Of a stretch of DNA of 27,663 nucleotides, positions 8,471 through 18,672 are shown one piece after another (the first letter of the stretch is position 1; each line of letters begins with the position of its first letter). The notes below the pieces were generated by a model. It was given only the letters and a program-made list of their open reading frames with translations. It did no database searches and had not been told where the DNA came from. The translations under genes and the position numbers were made by a program. The stretch covers positions 1-27,663 of IMG/VR virus record IMGVR_UViG_3300044723_003701. The stretch is one strand, 5' to 3'. This stretch comes from a virus. Lineage: Duplodnaviria > Caudoviricetes.

Positions 8471-10075
8471 ATGGCACGTTCACAACCTTATACAGTTGCT
8501 TGTGCCGGAGGTTTAGTAAATTCATCAAATGCGATAGATTTACTTAGATTTCCCGGTGTAGCTAAAGAGTTACAAAACTTTGAAGTCTCAATAGAAGGAG
8601 GCTACAGAAGAATAAATGGTTTTACAAAGTTTGGCGGAGCTAGTGCAACACAACCAACTGGTAGTGATGATAACATTCAAGGAATATTTCCTTATGCCGA
8701 TGGAATTATTGCGTGTGCAGGTAATCAAATATTTTTTAGTAATGACGGTATTAACTGGCTTATTATAAATAAATTGTCAGCAGGTAGTGGCGATAACTAT
8801 ACTACCTTTGTTGGTAAAAGTGAAGTAACATTAACCAATCAAGGACAATGCAGTTTTGCAGTTTTTGAAGGTCCAGACTATGATTATGGTGAGGTTATTA
8901 TTGCAGATGGTGGTAATATACCTTTTTCTTTTCGTATGGAAGGAACAGGTGCTTTAACAACTAGAACATTTTATACTAGCCAAATTACAGTGGATAGTAC
9001 TAATGCAGTTAAATACATTACAATACATGACCACCATTTAATAGCTGCAGGAGTAGAAGATAATTTAAATACTATTTATTATAGTGTTGATAATGACCCC
9101 GACAATTTTACAGGTGCTGGTGCTGGTTCAATAGTAATATCAGACCAGATTGTAGGTATTAGAGGATTTAGGGAAGATTTATTTATATTTTGTGAAAACA
9201 GTATTCATAAACTAATAAATATAAACGACACTCAAACTATAGCAGTTGTTCCTGTAGCAGAAAACGTTGGCTGTTTAAGCGGCTACAGTATACAAGAAAT
9301 TGGTGGTGACTTATTATTTTTAGCACCAGACGGTTTCAGAACAGTTGCTGGTACTGCAAGAATTGGTGACGTTGAGTTAGGTACAGTTAGTAAAGCAATT
9401 CAACCTTTAATAACAGAAGTAGCTAGAGATATAGCTCAATATAGAATAGACAGTTTAGTTATTAGAGAAAAATCTCAGTATAGACTTTTTTATACTAAGA
9501 TTGGCACAGCTAGAGCAGTACAAGAAGGAATAATAGGAACACTAAGACCAAACGGTTTTGAATGGTCAGAAACTAGAGGTATCGAAGTTACAAGTATAAA
9601 TTCAAACTTTGATAATGAAGGGACTGAAGTATATTATCATGGTGATACATCTGGGTATGTATTTTTACATGATTCAGGTAATGACTTTGATGGTGAAGAT
9701 ATTCTAGCAAGATATAGTACACCAGATTATGATTATGGCGATTTAGGAACTTTAAAAACTTTACATTTTATTAAAGTTTCTATAAGTAATGAAGGTGTAG
9801 TGTCACCAAATTTAAGATATCAATTTGATTATGGCGACCCTCTTACACCTCAATTTACAAGCTCAGTATCATTAGGTACAATTAATCCAGCATCAATATT
9901 TGGTGAAGCTGTATTTGGATTAAATGCTTTTGGTGCAGTGTCTGCTCCTTTGATTAGACTACCGCTTCAAGGAAGTGGTCACAGTAATAATTTTTCTATT
10001 CAAAGTCAAGACAGTCGCTCACCTTATACAATAAACGGATTTTATATAGATTACATACCATCAGGAAGGAGATAA
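8471..10075 (+). CDS. Tail nozzle / tail tubular protein B-like (beta-propeller-rich)
   Basis: 534 aa, beta-strand-rich (GGL..., NFEVSIEGGYRRINGF, NVGCLSGYSIQEIGGDLLFLAPDGFR). Lies between the adaptor and the fibre. Confidence 0.75.
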   Translation: MARSQPYTVACAGGLVNSSNAIDLLRFPGVAKELQNFEVSIEGGYRRINGFTKFGGASATQPTGSDDNIQGIFPYADGIIACAGNQIFFSNDGINWLIINKLSAGSGDNYTTFVGKSEVTLTNQGQCSFAVFEGPDYDYGEVIIADGGNIPFSFRMEGTGALTTRTFYTSQITVDSTNAVKYITIHDHHLIAAGVEDNLNTIYYSVDNDPDNFTGAGAGSIVISDQIVGIRGFREDLFIFCENSIHKLININDTQTIAVVPVAENVGCLSGYSIQEIGGDLLFLAPDGFRTVAGTARIGDVELGTVSKAIQPLITEVARDIAQYRIDSLVIREKSQYRLFYTKIGTARAVQEGIIGTLRPNGFEWSETRGIEVTSINSNFDNEGTEVYYHGDTSGYVFLHDSGNDFDGEDILARYSTPDYDYGDLGTLKTLHFIKVSISNEGVVSPNLRYQFDYGDPLTPQFTSSVSLGTINPASIFGEAVFGLNAFGAVSAPLIRLPLQGSGHSNNFSIQSQDSRSPYTINGFYIDYIPSGRR

Positions 10076-10081
10076 AAAATT

Positions 10082-13000
10082 ATGGCAGGTTATACACGAC
10101 AGAGTAGTTTTGTAGATGGAGATACCATCACAGCAGCAATATTTAATGACGAATTTAATCAGTTATTAAATGCATTTAACAATAGTACTGGTCACAAACA
10201 CGATGGCACTACAGCCGAAGGACCAGTAATAGCATTGATTGGAGATTCAGGTAGTTCTCCTGTCAACAAAGTATTAATAGACACAGCAAACAACCACATA
10301 GAATTTTGGATTGACGTATCATCTACTTCAGTTCAACAAATGTATATCGCTGACGGTGCTATCCTTCCAGTCACTGATAATGATATAGATTTAGGTTCTT
10401 CATCTTTAGAGTTTAAAGATTTATATTTAGATGGTACGGCAAACATCGATAGCCTTGTAGCCGATACAGCTGATATTAATGGCGGTACGATTGATGGTGC
10501 AACTATTGCAACTTCAGATATAACTGTAGGAGCTAGTAAAACTTTAGACGTTTCATCAGGTACACTAACTTTAGCAGATGACCAAATCTCAGGTGATAAA
10601 GTTGAAGGAGGTACAATAGCTGCAACAACTATTACAGCTCTTACTTATGGTTCATTAAGTGATGGTACAATAACTATAACAGCTTTCGTTGATGAAGACG
10701 ATATGACATCTGATTCAGCAACTTTAATACCAACACAGCAATCAGTCAAGGCCTATGTTGATGCCCAAGTAACAGCACAAGACTTAGACTTTCAAGGTGA
10801 CTCAGGCGGAGCTTTATCTATTGACCTCGACAGCGAAACTCTTACAATCGCTGGTGGTACAGGTATCGATACTTCAGGAGCTTTAAATACTTTAACAGTT
10901 GCTATAGACTCTACAGTAGTTACACTAGCCGATTCGCAAACTTTAACAAACAAAACATTAACAAGTCCTGTTATTAGCTCAATTAGCAATACAGGTACTC
11001 TTACTTTACCAACCTCAACAGATACGTTGGTCGGTAGAGCAACAACAGATACGTTAACAAACAAATCCATAGATGCAGACAACAATACTGTATCAAACAT
11101 TGAAGTAGATAACTTTAAAGCTTCAGCAATCGTTTTAGAAGCTGAAGGTATTGGTTCCAATGACAATGATACTAGCTTACCAACTTCAGCAGCAGTCAAA
11201 GATTACGTTGATACACAACTGACTGCAGAAGACCTAGATTTCCAAGGTGATTCTGGTGGAGCATTATCTATTGATTTAGATAGTGAAGTTTTAACCATTG
11301 CTGGAGGCACTGGTATAGATACTTCTGGTTCAGCCAATACACTTACAGTTGCTATCGATTCAACAGTAGCCACATTAACAGGTAGCCAAACGCTAACCAA
11401 TAAAACACTAACCAGCCCTATTTTAAATACAGGAGTTTCTGGTACAGCTTTCCTAGATGATGATTCTTTTGCAACTGCAAGTTCTACAACATTAGCTTCT
11501 TCAGAATCTATTAAAGCTTATGTTGACGCACAAGTAACTGCTCAAGATTTAGATTTCCAAGCAGATACTGGTGGTGCTTTAAATATTGATTTAGATTCAG
11601 AAACCTTAACATTTACAGGTGGAACAGGTATCGATACAGCAGGTTCAAGCAACACAGTTACTTTCTCATTAGACTTAAACGAACTTACAACTGAAAGTGC
11701 AATAGCTCAAGACGACTTTATAGCTATGGTAGATAATACCGATAGTGGTTCAGGTAAAATTACATTTAGTGATTTAGAAGATGCAGTATTTGGTAACGTT
11801 AGTGGCGATGCTACAGTAGCAGCCGGAGGTGCTTTAACTTTAGCGAACTCAGGTGTAACTGCTGCTTCGTATGGTTCAGCCACAGCGATTCCAGTCATAA
11901 CAGTCGATGCCAAAGGTAGACTGACTGCTGTTTCGACTGCTGCTATTTCATCAACTTTAGATATCGCTGCCGATTCTGGTACAGACGATGGAGTCTTAAT
12001 AGGCACCGATACTTTAACAATTTCAGGAACAGCGAATGAAATCGAAACTTCTGTTTCTGGCGATACAATTACTGTTGGTTTACCAAGCGATGTTACAGTC
12101 GGAAATAATCTAACAGTTACAGGAGACCTTACTGTTAATGGTACTACTGTTACCGTTAATAGTTCAACAGTCACAGTTGATGACCCAATCTTTACCATAG
12201 GTGGCGATACAGCTCCAGCCTCAGACGACAACAAAGATAGAGGTATTGAGTTTAGATGGCACGATGGTGTTTCAGCCAAAGTAGGTTTCTTTGGTTACGA
12301 TGATAGTGCTTCAGTCTTTACATTTATTCCAGATGCAACTAACACTTCAGAGGTCTTCTCAGGCTCTGCAGGTGATGTAGCCTTTGGTAACATAGCAGGT
12401 ACTTTAACTACTGCAGCTCAAACTAACATTACTTCGGTAGGTACTTTAGGAAGCTTATCAGTCACAGGAAATATTACTGTCGGTGGAACTGTAGATGGCA
12501 GAGACGTTGCTACAGACGGAACAAAACTAGACGGTATCGAATCAGGTGCTACTGCAGACCAAACTGCTGCAGAGATTAGAACATTAGTAGATAGTGCTTC
12601 TGATTCAAATGTCTTTACCGATGCTGACCACAGTAAACTAGATGGTATAGAGTCAGGTGCAACAGCCGACCAAACAGCAGCTGAGATTAGAACATTAGTA
12701 GATAGTGCTTCTGATTCAAATGTATTTACAGATGCCGACCACAGCAAACTAGATGGCATTGAAGCTAGTGCAACCGCAGACCAAACAGCAGCTGAGATTA
12801 GAACTCTTGTTGAAAGTGCAACAGATTCCAATGTCTTTACCGATGCTGACCATACTAAATTAAATGGCATTGAAGCTAGTGCAACCGCAGACCAAACTAT
12901 TACAGCTGGGACTGGCTTGACAGGTGGTGGTACAGGAGACGTTACTCTTAACGTTTCAGGCTTAACCGTTTCTGAATTAGCTGGAGGTTCTTTAACTACC

Positions 13001-14977
13001 AGTGCAGAAGCTTTTGCTGATAATGATACTACATTAATGACTTCAGCAGCTATCAATGACCGTATTGAATCTTTTGGCTATACCACAAATACAGGTGACA
13101 TAACAGGTGTCACAGCCGGGACAGGTCTAAGTGGTGGCGGTAGTTCAGGAAGCGTAACTTTAAATGTAGACCTTTCTGAATTAACAGACATGACTGCAGC
13201 CATGGTAGGTACAGATGAATTTATCGTGCTAGATGCTGGTGCTGATAGAAGAAAAGCAGCTAATGAAATACCTTTAAGTATATTTAACAACGATGCAGGA
13301 TTTACCACAAATGTAGGTGACATAACAGGAGTAACCGCAGGAACTGGATTATCTGGTGGAGGTTCATCAGGTAGTGTTACTCTTAATGTAGATTTATCAG
13401 AACTGACTGATATGACTGCAACCATGATAAGCACAGATGAATTTATCGTGCTAGATGCAGGTGCTGATAGAAGAAAAGCAGCTAGTGAAATAGGCTTAAG
13501 TATATTTAACAACGATGCAGGATTTACCACAAATGTAGGTGATATCACAGCCGTTACAGCAGGAACCAACCTTACAGGTGGGGGAACTTCTGGAGCTGTA
13601 ACCATCAATATGGCAACAGGCGGTGTTGGTTCTGGTACTTATGGTTCAACAGCCGATGGTACCAAAATAGACACTATTACTGTTGATGCTTATGGTAGAG
13701 TTACAGCAGTCGCTACTGGTAGTACAGGTGATATTAATGCTGTTACTGCTGGTAACGGTTTAACAGGTGGTGGTACTTCAGGTTCACCAACTCTAAACGT
13801 TGGAGCAGGTACAGGTATTGATGTTGCTGCCGATACTGTTTCTGTCGATGTTTCTGATTTTATGTCAAACGGTTCAAACAACAGAGTGCTAACAGCCACA
13901 GGTGCTGATGGTATGAATGCTGAAGCAAACTTTACATTTGATGGTACTAATTGTGCTATTACAGGAAACCTTGACATATCAGGCAACCTTAACAATGTCA
14001 CAGACATCTATGTAGATGACCAAATAATCCACACAGGCGATACCAACACTTATACACAGTTCCATGCTGCTGACCAGTGGCGTGTTGTTACAGGTGGTAC
14101 AGAAAGACTTGAAGTTAATAATACCAATGTGACTTTAAGCAATACTCACCTTCATGTTGATAATGGTACAGCCACAGGTAGTAACAGAATTATTGGTGAG
14201 TTCACAGGTAACTCAACAGACAACTTAAGAATTGACTTAATCAACTCTGGTAATGGTACAAATGCTAGGTCAGCTTTTACCATTGAAAACAATATAGGCA
14301 GCCAAGCTGAATTTGGTATGGGTGCATCATCACACTCAAACATTGCTAATAGACAGTTTATGTACAATGGTGGTAATGGTGGTATTAACTTACAGCCCGG
14401 TGGTGGTGGTAATGTTAATGTTATTGGCAACCTAACAAAGACCAGTGGTTCATTTAACATTAAGCATCCAAAACCAGAACTCAAAGAAACACACAGGCTT
14501 ATCCACAGCTTTGTTGAATCACCAGAAGCCGATAACATCTATAGTGGTACAGTAACTCTTGTTGATGGACAAGCTACAGTTAATTTAGATAGCCTAGCTA
14601 GAATGTCTGATGGTACATGGGTACACCTAAATGCTGATGCTAGAGTATTCACATCCAATGAAACAGGCTGGGATGCAACCAAAGGTACTGTTAGTGGTAA
14701 TACTCTAACTATTACCTGTCAAGATGCTACCTCAACCGACACTATATCTTTCTTAATTATTGCAAGAAGAATTGACGAATGGGTTATGTATGATGAACAT
14801 TACGATGAAAATGGTCGATTGATTGTTGAAAGAGAAGCTGTAGGTAGTGAAATAAATGAGCCTTCAGCAGAAGATAGACAGAAATTTGTTTACGATATGA
14901 ACTGGAATATTGTTGGACCTAAAGAAGGTTACGACATCAACGGTAATCCAATAAACAACGATGATGGAGGTGGATAA
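10082..14977 (+). CDS. Long tail fibre / receptor-binding protein
   Basis: 1631 aa, Thr/Gly/Asp/Ser/Ala-rich. N-terminal anchor (GYTRQSS...FNDEFNQL...GHKHDG), QTLTNKTLTSP and TVDAxGR motifs, and three internal repeat families. Confidence 0.88.
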   Translation: MAGYTRQSSFVDGDTITAAIFNDEFNQLLNAFNNSTGHKHDGTTAEGPVIALIGDSGSSPVNKVLIDTANNHIEFWIDVSSTSVQQMYIADGAILPVTDNDIDLGSSSLEFKDLYLDGTANIDSLVADTADINGGTIDGATIATSDITVGASKTLDVSSGTLTLADDQISGDKVEGGTIAATTITALTYGSLSDGTITITAFVDEDDMTSDSATLIPTQQSVKAYVDAQVTAQDLDFQGDSGGALSIDLDSETLTIAGGTGIDTSGALNTLTVAIDSTVVTLADSQTLTNKTLTSPVISSISNTGTLTLPTSTDTLVGRATTDTLTNKSIDADNNTVSNIEVDNFKASAIVLEAEGIGSNDNDTSLPTSAAVKDYVDTQLTAEDLDFQGDSGGALSIDLDSEVLTIAGGTGIDTSGSANTLTVAIDSTVATLTGSQTLTNKTLTSPILNTGVSGTAFLDDDSFATASSTTLASSESIKAYVDAQVTAQDLDFQADTGGALNIDLDSETLTFTGGTGIDTAGSSNTVTFSLDLNELTTESAIAQDDFIAMVDNTDSGSGKITFSDLEDAVFGNVSGDATVAAGGALTLANSGVTAASYGSATAIPVITVDAKGRLTAVSTAAISSTLDIAADSGTDDGVLIGTDTLTISGTANEIETSVSGDTITVGLPSDVTVGNNLTVTGDLTVNGTTVTVNSSTVTVDDPIFTIGGDTAPASDDNKDRGIEFRWHDGVSAKVGFFGYDDSASVFTFIPDATNTSEVFSGSAGDVAFGNIAGTLTTAAQTNITSVGTLGSLSVTGNITVGGTVDGRDVATDGTKLDGIESGATADQTAAEIRTLVDSASDSNVFTDADHSKLDGIESGATADQTAAEIRTLVDSASDSNVFTDADHSKLDGIEASATADQTAAEIRTLVESATDSNVFTDADHTKLNGIEASATADQTITAGTGLTGGGTGDVTLNVSGLTVSELAGGSLTTSAEAFADNDTTLMTSAAINDRIESFGYTTNTGDITGVTAGTGLSGGGSSGSVTLNVDLSELTDMTAAMVGTDEFIVLDAGADRRKAANEIPLSIFNNDAGFTTNVGDITGVTAGTGLSGGGSSGSVTLNVDLSELTDMTATMISTDEFIVLDAGADRRKAASEIGLSIFNNDAGFTTNVGDITAVTAGTNLTGGGTSGAVTINMATGGVGSGTYGSTADGTKIDTITVDAYGRVTAVATGSTGDINAVTAGNGLTGGGTSGSPTLNVGAGTGIDVAADTVSVDVSDFMSNGSNNRVLTATGADGMNAEANFTFDGTNCAITGNLDISGNLNNVTDIYVDDQIIHTGDTNTYTQFHAADQWRVVTGGTERLEVNNTNVTLSNTHLHVDNGTATGSNRIIGEFTGNSTDNLRIDLINSGNGTNARSAFTIENNIGSQAEFGMGASSHSNIANRQFMYNGGNGGINLQPGGGGNVNVIGNLTKTSGSFNIKHPKPELKETHRLIHSFVESPEADNIYSGTVTLVDGQATVNLDSLARMSDGTWVHLNADARVFTSNETGWDATKGTVSGNTLTITCQDATSTDTISFLIIARRIDEWVMYDEHYDENGRLIVEREAVGSEINEPSAEDRQKFVYDMNWNIVGPKEGYDINGNPINNDDGGG
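10742..11670 (+). repeat. Three dispersed copies of a fibre module (KAYVDAQVTAQDLDFQGDSGGALSIDLDSETLTIAGGTGIDT...)
   Basis: Copies start near 10742, 11192 and 11507. High amino-acid identity with many synonymous differences. Confidence 0.85.
12524..12898 (+). repeat. Tandem 111-bp (37-aa) repeat, about 3.4 copies
   Basis: KLDGIESGATADQTAAEIRTLVDSASDSNVFTDADHS units start at 12524, 12635, 12746 and 12857. Confidence 0.95.
13082..13610 (+). repeat. Tandem 222-bp (74-aa) repeat, about 2.4 copies
   Basis: TTNxGDITGVTAGTGLSGGGSSGSVTLNVDLSELTDMTA...LSIFNNDAGF units start at 13082, 13304 and 13526. Confidence 0.92.
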
Positions 14978-15231
14978 TGGATATGTTCACCCCCTACATC
15001 ATTTGGAATGTCTTTATAACTCTAGTTCTAGCTCCATTAATGTTCGGCATTAGAAAAAACGAAGGAGAGCTTAAACGACAAGATATTTTGTTAAATAAAA
15101 CTCGTGAAGAAATAGCAGGACGTTATGTGACTAAACAAGAACTATTAAATAATATGGATACTGTTTTAGATAGACTAGAAAAAATGGATGAAAAAATTGA
15201 TAGATTATTTGATATAAGGTACAATAAATAA
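14977..15231 (+). CDS. Small membrane protein: N-terminal TM helix plus coiled coil (holin-like, function uncertain)
   Basis: 84 aa. Hydrophobic YIIWNVFITLVLAPLMFGI followed by a charged heptad region. TAATG overlap with the fibre stop and GGAGG upstream. Confidence 0.7.
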   Translation: MDMFTPYIIWNVFITLVLAPLMFGIRKNEGELKRQDILLNKTREEIAGRYVTKQELLNNMDTVLDRLEKMDEKIDRLFDIRYNK

Positions 15232-15240
15232 GAGGGAGAT

Positions 15241-18200
15241 ATGGCTAAAAAGAAAAAAAATAAATTTGTTGAAAGCATGAAAGACATTATAAAAAATGTT
15301 AGAGCTGGATATCAAGAAGGAGATGTTGTCAATAATGATAATAATAATCTTGGTGATGGTAATAATATAGGCGATGGCGGAGGAACCCCAACTCCAGCAC
15401 CAACTCCAGCACCAACTCCAGCACCAACTCCAGCACCAACTCCAGCACCAACACCGGTACCTACACCGGCTCCAAGTCCTACTCCTTCTCCAAGCCCTAC
15501 ACCGGCTCCAAGCCCTACACCGGCTCCAAGCCCTACGGCAGCACCAGAACCAACACCATATTCTGCAGACTTAAATTTTACAAATAAAGAAGGAGCAGAA
15601 CCTTATGAATGGTTTATTGGTGACAAAGCTTATTATATGCCTAGACACTGGGAAGGAAAAGAATCTAAAGGAGGCTTTGAATTCTTAGAAGACCCTGCCA
15701 CAGGTGACACATTTATGTGGGTAGCTGGAGGTCAAACGACTCTGGATAATTTAAATGAAAACGCAAAAGATGTGTTAGCAAATGTACACGGTGGTAAAAC
15801 TATGGACCCTAGCTCTGGTGTTGTTAGATATTTACCTTATGAAACTTTTATGCAGTTCTGGAAAGGTTCTGAAGATGATTTACCAGAATATTACAGAGAG
15901 AACAGACCAACTCCAGCACCCGGAGAAACACCTGTTCCTTCTCCTGAACCTGCACCAACCCCTGCACCCGCACCGGGAGATAGACCAGTTCCGACACCTG
16001 AAGCTGGAGATTCTAGTGTAGATATCGGTGGTGAAGGATATGGTTACAAACCACCTCAATTAGACCCAAAAGCAGAAGCTTCAGATAATATTTATGACTA
16101 TTACACACCGTTTGGTCAAAAGCCAACAGACCCCGGCATGAACCTTGCTCAGATGCAAAGAGAATATAGAGCTAGAAGTGCTGGAGAGTTACTAGATAAA
16201 ATTTCTAAAGGCCAAATAAGTATTCAAGATTTAGGAGTCGATGCCAAAGCAGCTCTACTAGACCAAGCTTACAAAGAAGAATTAATTCCTAAAGGTACTG
16301 GAATTATATCTGATGATATTAATATTGCTTTAGAAACAGCAGCAGATATAGTTACAACACCCTTACAAGAAGGTGAAAGTGCACAAGCTAGGTTAGCTAC
16401 CAGACAAGAAACAGCTAAAATGGATGCTTCTTTAATTTCAGATAGCCCTGAGTTCCAAGCAGCTTATGGTCAACTTTCGGATGAATCTAAAATGAAAGTT
16501 GAAGAAATCAGAAAATTATCTGGACCAGCAGTTGCAGCAAGAGTTACCGAGCAAGTAGCTAATGCAGCTCAAGCTGAAACTATAGATGGTGTTATATCAG
16601 CAGGAGCTTATGTTCCTGAAGTAGTTGGAGTAGCAGCACAAATTTCTGAAACTCCAGAAGCTGAAGCACAACAAAGAGAAGCTATCACAGGCGAAGCAGC
16701 AACAGGTATGTCTGCAGAAATTATTAATAACATAGGTTTTGAAGCAGCTCAAAGAAGAACTGTTAAAGGTGAAGCAGCAAAAGGTGCAGCATCTAATATG
16801 ATAGCAGAAACTGCAGAAATACCTTCAGACATTGCAGCAGCTATAGCTAGTGACCCAGCAAGTGTTGAAGCTCAAATAGATAATCAAGATGTGAATGTTC
16901 AAGCTGCAGTAGCAGCCCTACCACTAGAAGCTTTAGTATCTACACAAATGGAAACTTTATTAGCTGATATAGATGAAGGACAAATACCAGTTTGGGCTAG
17001 ACCAGCAGTCGAGAGTATTAATAGTATTATGGCTCAACGAGGCTTACAAGCTTCTACTGTAGCTAGAGATGCTTTGTTAAATACTATAATCCAACAAACT
17101 CTACCAATAGCACAGTCAAATGCACAAGCTTTACAAACTAGAGCTGCACAAAATTTAAGTAATCAACAACAAGCTAACTTACAACAAGCTTCACAAGAGC
17201 AACAGTTAAGATTACAAAATTTAGCTAACAGACAAACTGCAGAAAGTCAGTCAGCACAATTAGCTCAAGAAATAGGAGTTTTAAGTAGTCAGTTTGAACA
17301 ACAGGCTGTTTTAACTACAGCTCAACAAGAGCAACAAGTTTATTTACAAAACTTACAAAATAGACAACAAGCAGCAACACTTAATGCTCAACAAGAACAA
17401 GCTATGAAAGCTTTAAATCTAACTAATGAGCAACAAGTAGAATTAGCTAATCTGCAAATCATGAATGAGACAGAACGTCAAAACATGACAGCAGAACAAC
17501 AAGCTAGATTGAGTGAGTTTAATATTGCAGCTGATTTCTTATCTAAGAATGCTGTATTTGCTCAAGACATGGCTAAAGCTAATTTATCTGCAGAGCAACA
17601 AATTAGATTAGCTAATTTAAGTGCACAAAACCAAGCTGATGCTCAAAACTTAACAGCCTCACAGCAAACTGAACTAGCTAATTTAACAGCTAGAATGAAC
17701 ATGAACATTAAGAATGCTGAACTTGCCCAGCAAATGGGTATAGCAAATCTTAATGCTGCTCAACAAAGAGCTATGACCAATTCAAATATGGTCGCTAATA
17801 TGGATATGGCTAAGTTTAATAATGAGCAACAAGTAGAGTTAGCTAACAGTAAATTTATGCAGAGTGTTACTTTGGCAAACTTTAATGCAGAGCAACAAGC
17901 TGTTATGCAAAATGCAACTCAATTAGCTTCACTAGATTTAGCTACACTTGACCAAAGAACTAGAGTAGCAGCTCAAAACTCTCAAGCATTTTTGCAGATG
18001 GACATGGCTAATTTATCAAATGAGCAACAAGGTCTTATTTTGTTACAACAACAAGAGCAACAAAGATTGTTATCAAATCAATCTTATGAAAACGCAGCAA
18101 GACAATTTAATGCTCAAAATGAAAATCAGTTAAACCAATTCTGGGCTAACTTAGGCTCACAAATGGAACAGTATAATGCTAGTCAGATGAGTGCTATGTC

Positions 18201-18657
18201 TCAATTTAATGCTGCTCAAAGAAATTCTCAAATCGCACAAGAAACAGGATTACAAGCAGATGTTAATAAATTTAATGCTCAAATGGCAAATGCTTTAAAT
18301 CAATATATTGAAAATCAAAGTTATGCTAGAGAAGTATTTAATTCTCAAAATGCTATGGTTATTGAACAATCAAATGTTCAGTGGAGAAGAGATATAGCAA
18401 AACTAGATACTGCAGCACAAAACCAAGTAAATATGATGAACGCTCAAAATGCTTTTGGTTTGACAAGTACAGCACTGGCTACAGCTTGGCAAGAACTAAG
18501 AGATGAATTTGATTATATTTGGAAGTCAGGTGAAAACGGAGCAGATAGAGACGCTAATATAGCAGTTGCTGCGATGCAAGGTGGCGATAATAATGCCTTG
18601 AAAAACGACAGTAATATGACTAGATTGAAAAATTTTTTAAGTTATTTAACAAGTTAA
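15241..18657 (+). CDS. Putative internal virion/ejection protein with Pro-Thr linkers and a long Asn/Gln hendecad coiled coil
   Basis: 1138 aa, SD AGGGAG upstream, positioned after the tail genes. 11-residue periodicity over ~450 aa. Confidence 0.75.
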   Translation: MAKKKKNKFVESMKDIIKNVRAGYQEGDVVNNDNNNLGDGNNIGDGGGTPTPAPTPAPTPAPTPAPTPAPTPVPTPAPSPTPSPSPTPAPSPTPAPSPTAAPEPTPYSADLNFTNKEGAEPYEWFIGDKAYYMPRHWEGKESKGGFEFLEDPATGDTFMWVAGGQTTLDNLNENAKDVLANVHGGKTMDPSSGVVRYLPYETFMQFWKGSEDDLPEYYRENRPTPAPGETPVPSPEPAPTPAPAPGDRPVPTPEAGDSSVDIGGEGYGYKPPQLDPKAEASDNIYDYYTPFGQKPTDPGMNLAQMQREYRARSAGELLDKISKGQISIQDLGVDAKAALLDQAYKEELIPKGTGIISDDINIALETAADIVTTPLQEGESAQARLATRQETAKMDASLISDSPEFQAAYGQLSDESKMKVEEIRKLSGPAVAARVTEQVANAAQAETIDGVISAGAYVPEVVGVAAQISETPEAEAQQREAITGEAATGMSAEIINNIGFEAAQRRTVKGEAAKGAASNMIAETAEIPSDIAAAIASDPASVEAQIDNQDVNVQAAVAALPLEALVSTQMETLLADIDEGQIPVWARPAVESINSIMAQRGLQASTVARDALLNTIIQQTLPIAQSNAQALQTRAAQNLSNQQQANLQQASQEQQLRLQNLANRQTAESQSAQLAQEIGVLSSQFEQQAVLTTAQQEQQVYLQNLQNRQQAATLNAQQEQAMKALNLTNEQQVELANLQIMNETERQNMTAEQQARLSEFNIAADFLSKNAVFAQDMAKANLSAEQQIRLANLSAQNQADAQNLTASQQTELANLTARMNMNIKNAELAQQMGIANLNAAQQRAMTNSNMVANMDMAKFNNEQQVELANSKFMQSVTLANFNAEQQAVMQNATQLASLDLATLDQRTRVAAQNSQAFLQMDMANLSNEQQGLILLQQQEQQRLLSNQSYENAARQFNAQNENQLNQFWANLGSQMEQYNASQMSAMSQFNAAQRNSQIAQETGLQADVNKFNAQMANALNQYIENQSYAREVFNSQNAMVIEQSNVQWRRDIAKLDTAAQNQVNMMNAQNAFGLTSTALATAWQELRDEFDYIWKSGENGADRDANIAVAAMQGGDNNALKNDSNMTRLKNFLSYLTS
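15388..15536 (+). repeat. Tandem repeats encoding a [10 protein letters not shown] linker
   Basis: Five perfect CCAACTCCAGCA copies (15388-15447) and ~2.6 copies of CCAAGCCCTACACCGGCT (15490-15536). Confidence 0.95.
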
Positions 18658-18672
18658 GGAGTAAAAAATAAA

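Noticed and set aside
10792-14538. Series of long minus-strand ORFs (up to 212 aa) opposite the tail fibre
   Set aside because: These are antisense shadows of a codon-biased, repetitive Thr/Gly/Asp/Ala gene. They mirror its repeats and have no independent coding signal.
12524-14977. Diversity-generating retroelement targeting the fibre
   Set aside because: There is no reverse transcriptase in the window. The repeats are in-frame tandem units differing mostly at synonymous sites, not an adenine-specific TR/VR pair.
15374-16021. Alternate-frame + strand ORFs 15374..15574 (QLQH repeats) and 15782..16021
   Set aside because: The first is the off-frame reading of the stop-free PTPA repeat. Neither has coupling to a neighbour or protein-like features, unlike 4154..4387.
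6239-18669. Identical 14-mer AAGGAGTAAAAAAT at 6239 and 18656 as a possible phage promoter
   Set aside because: It is fully explained as an SD plus A-rich spacer before start codons. Only two copies, with no conserved upstream extension.
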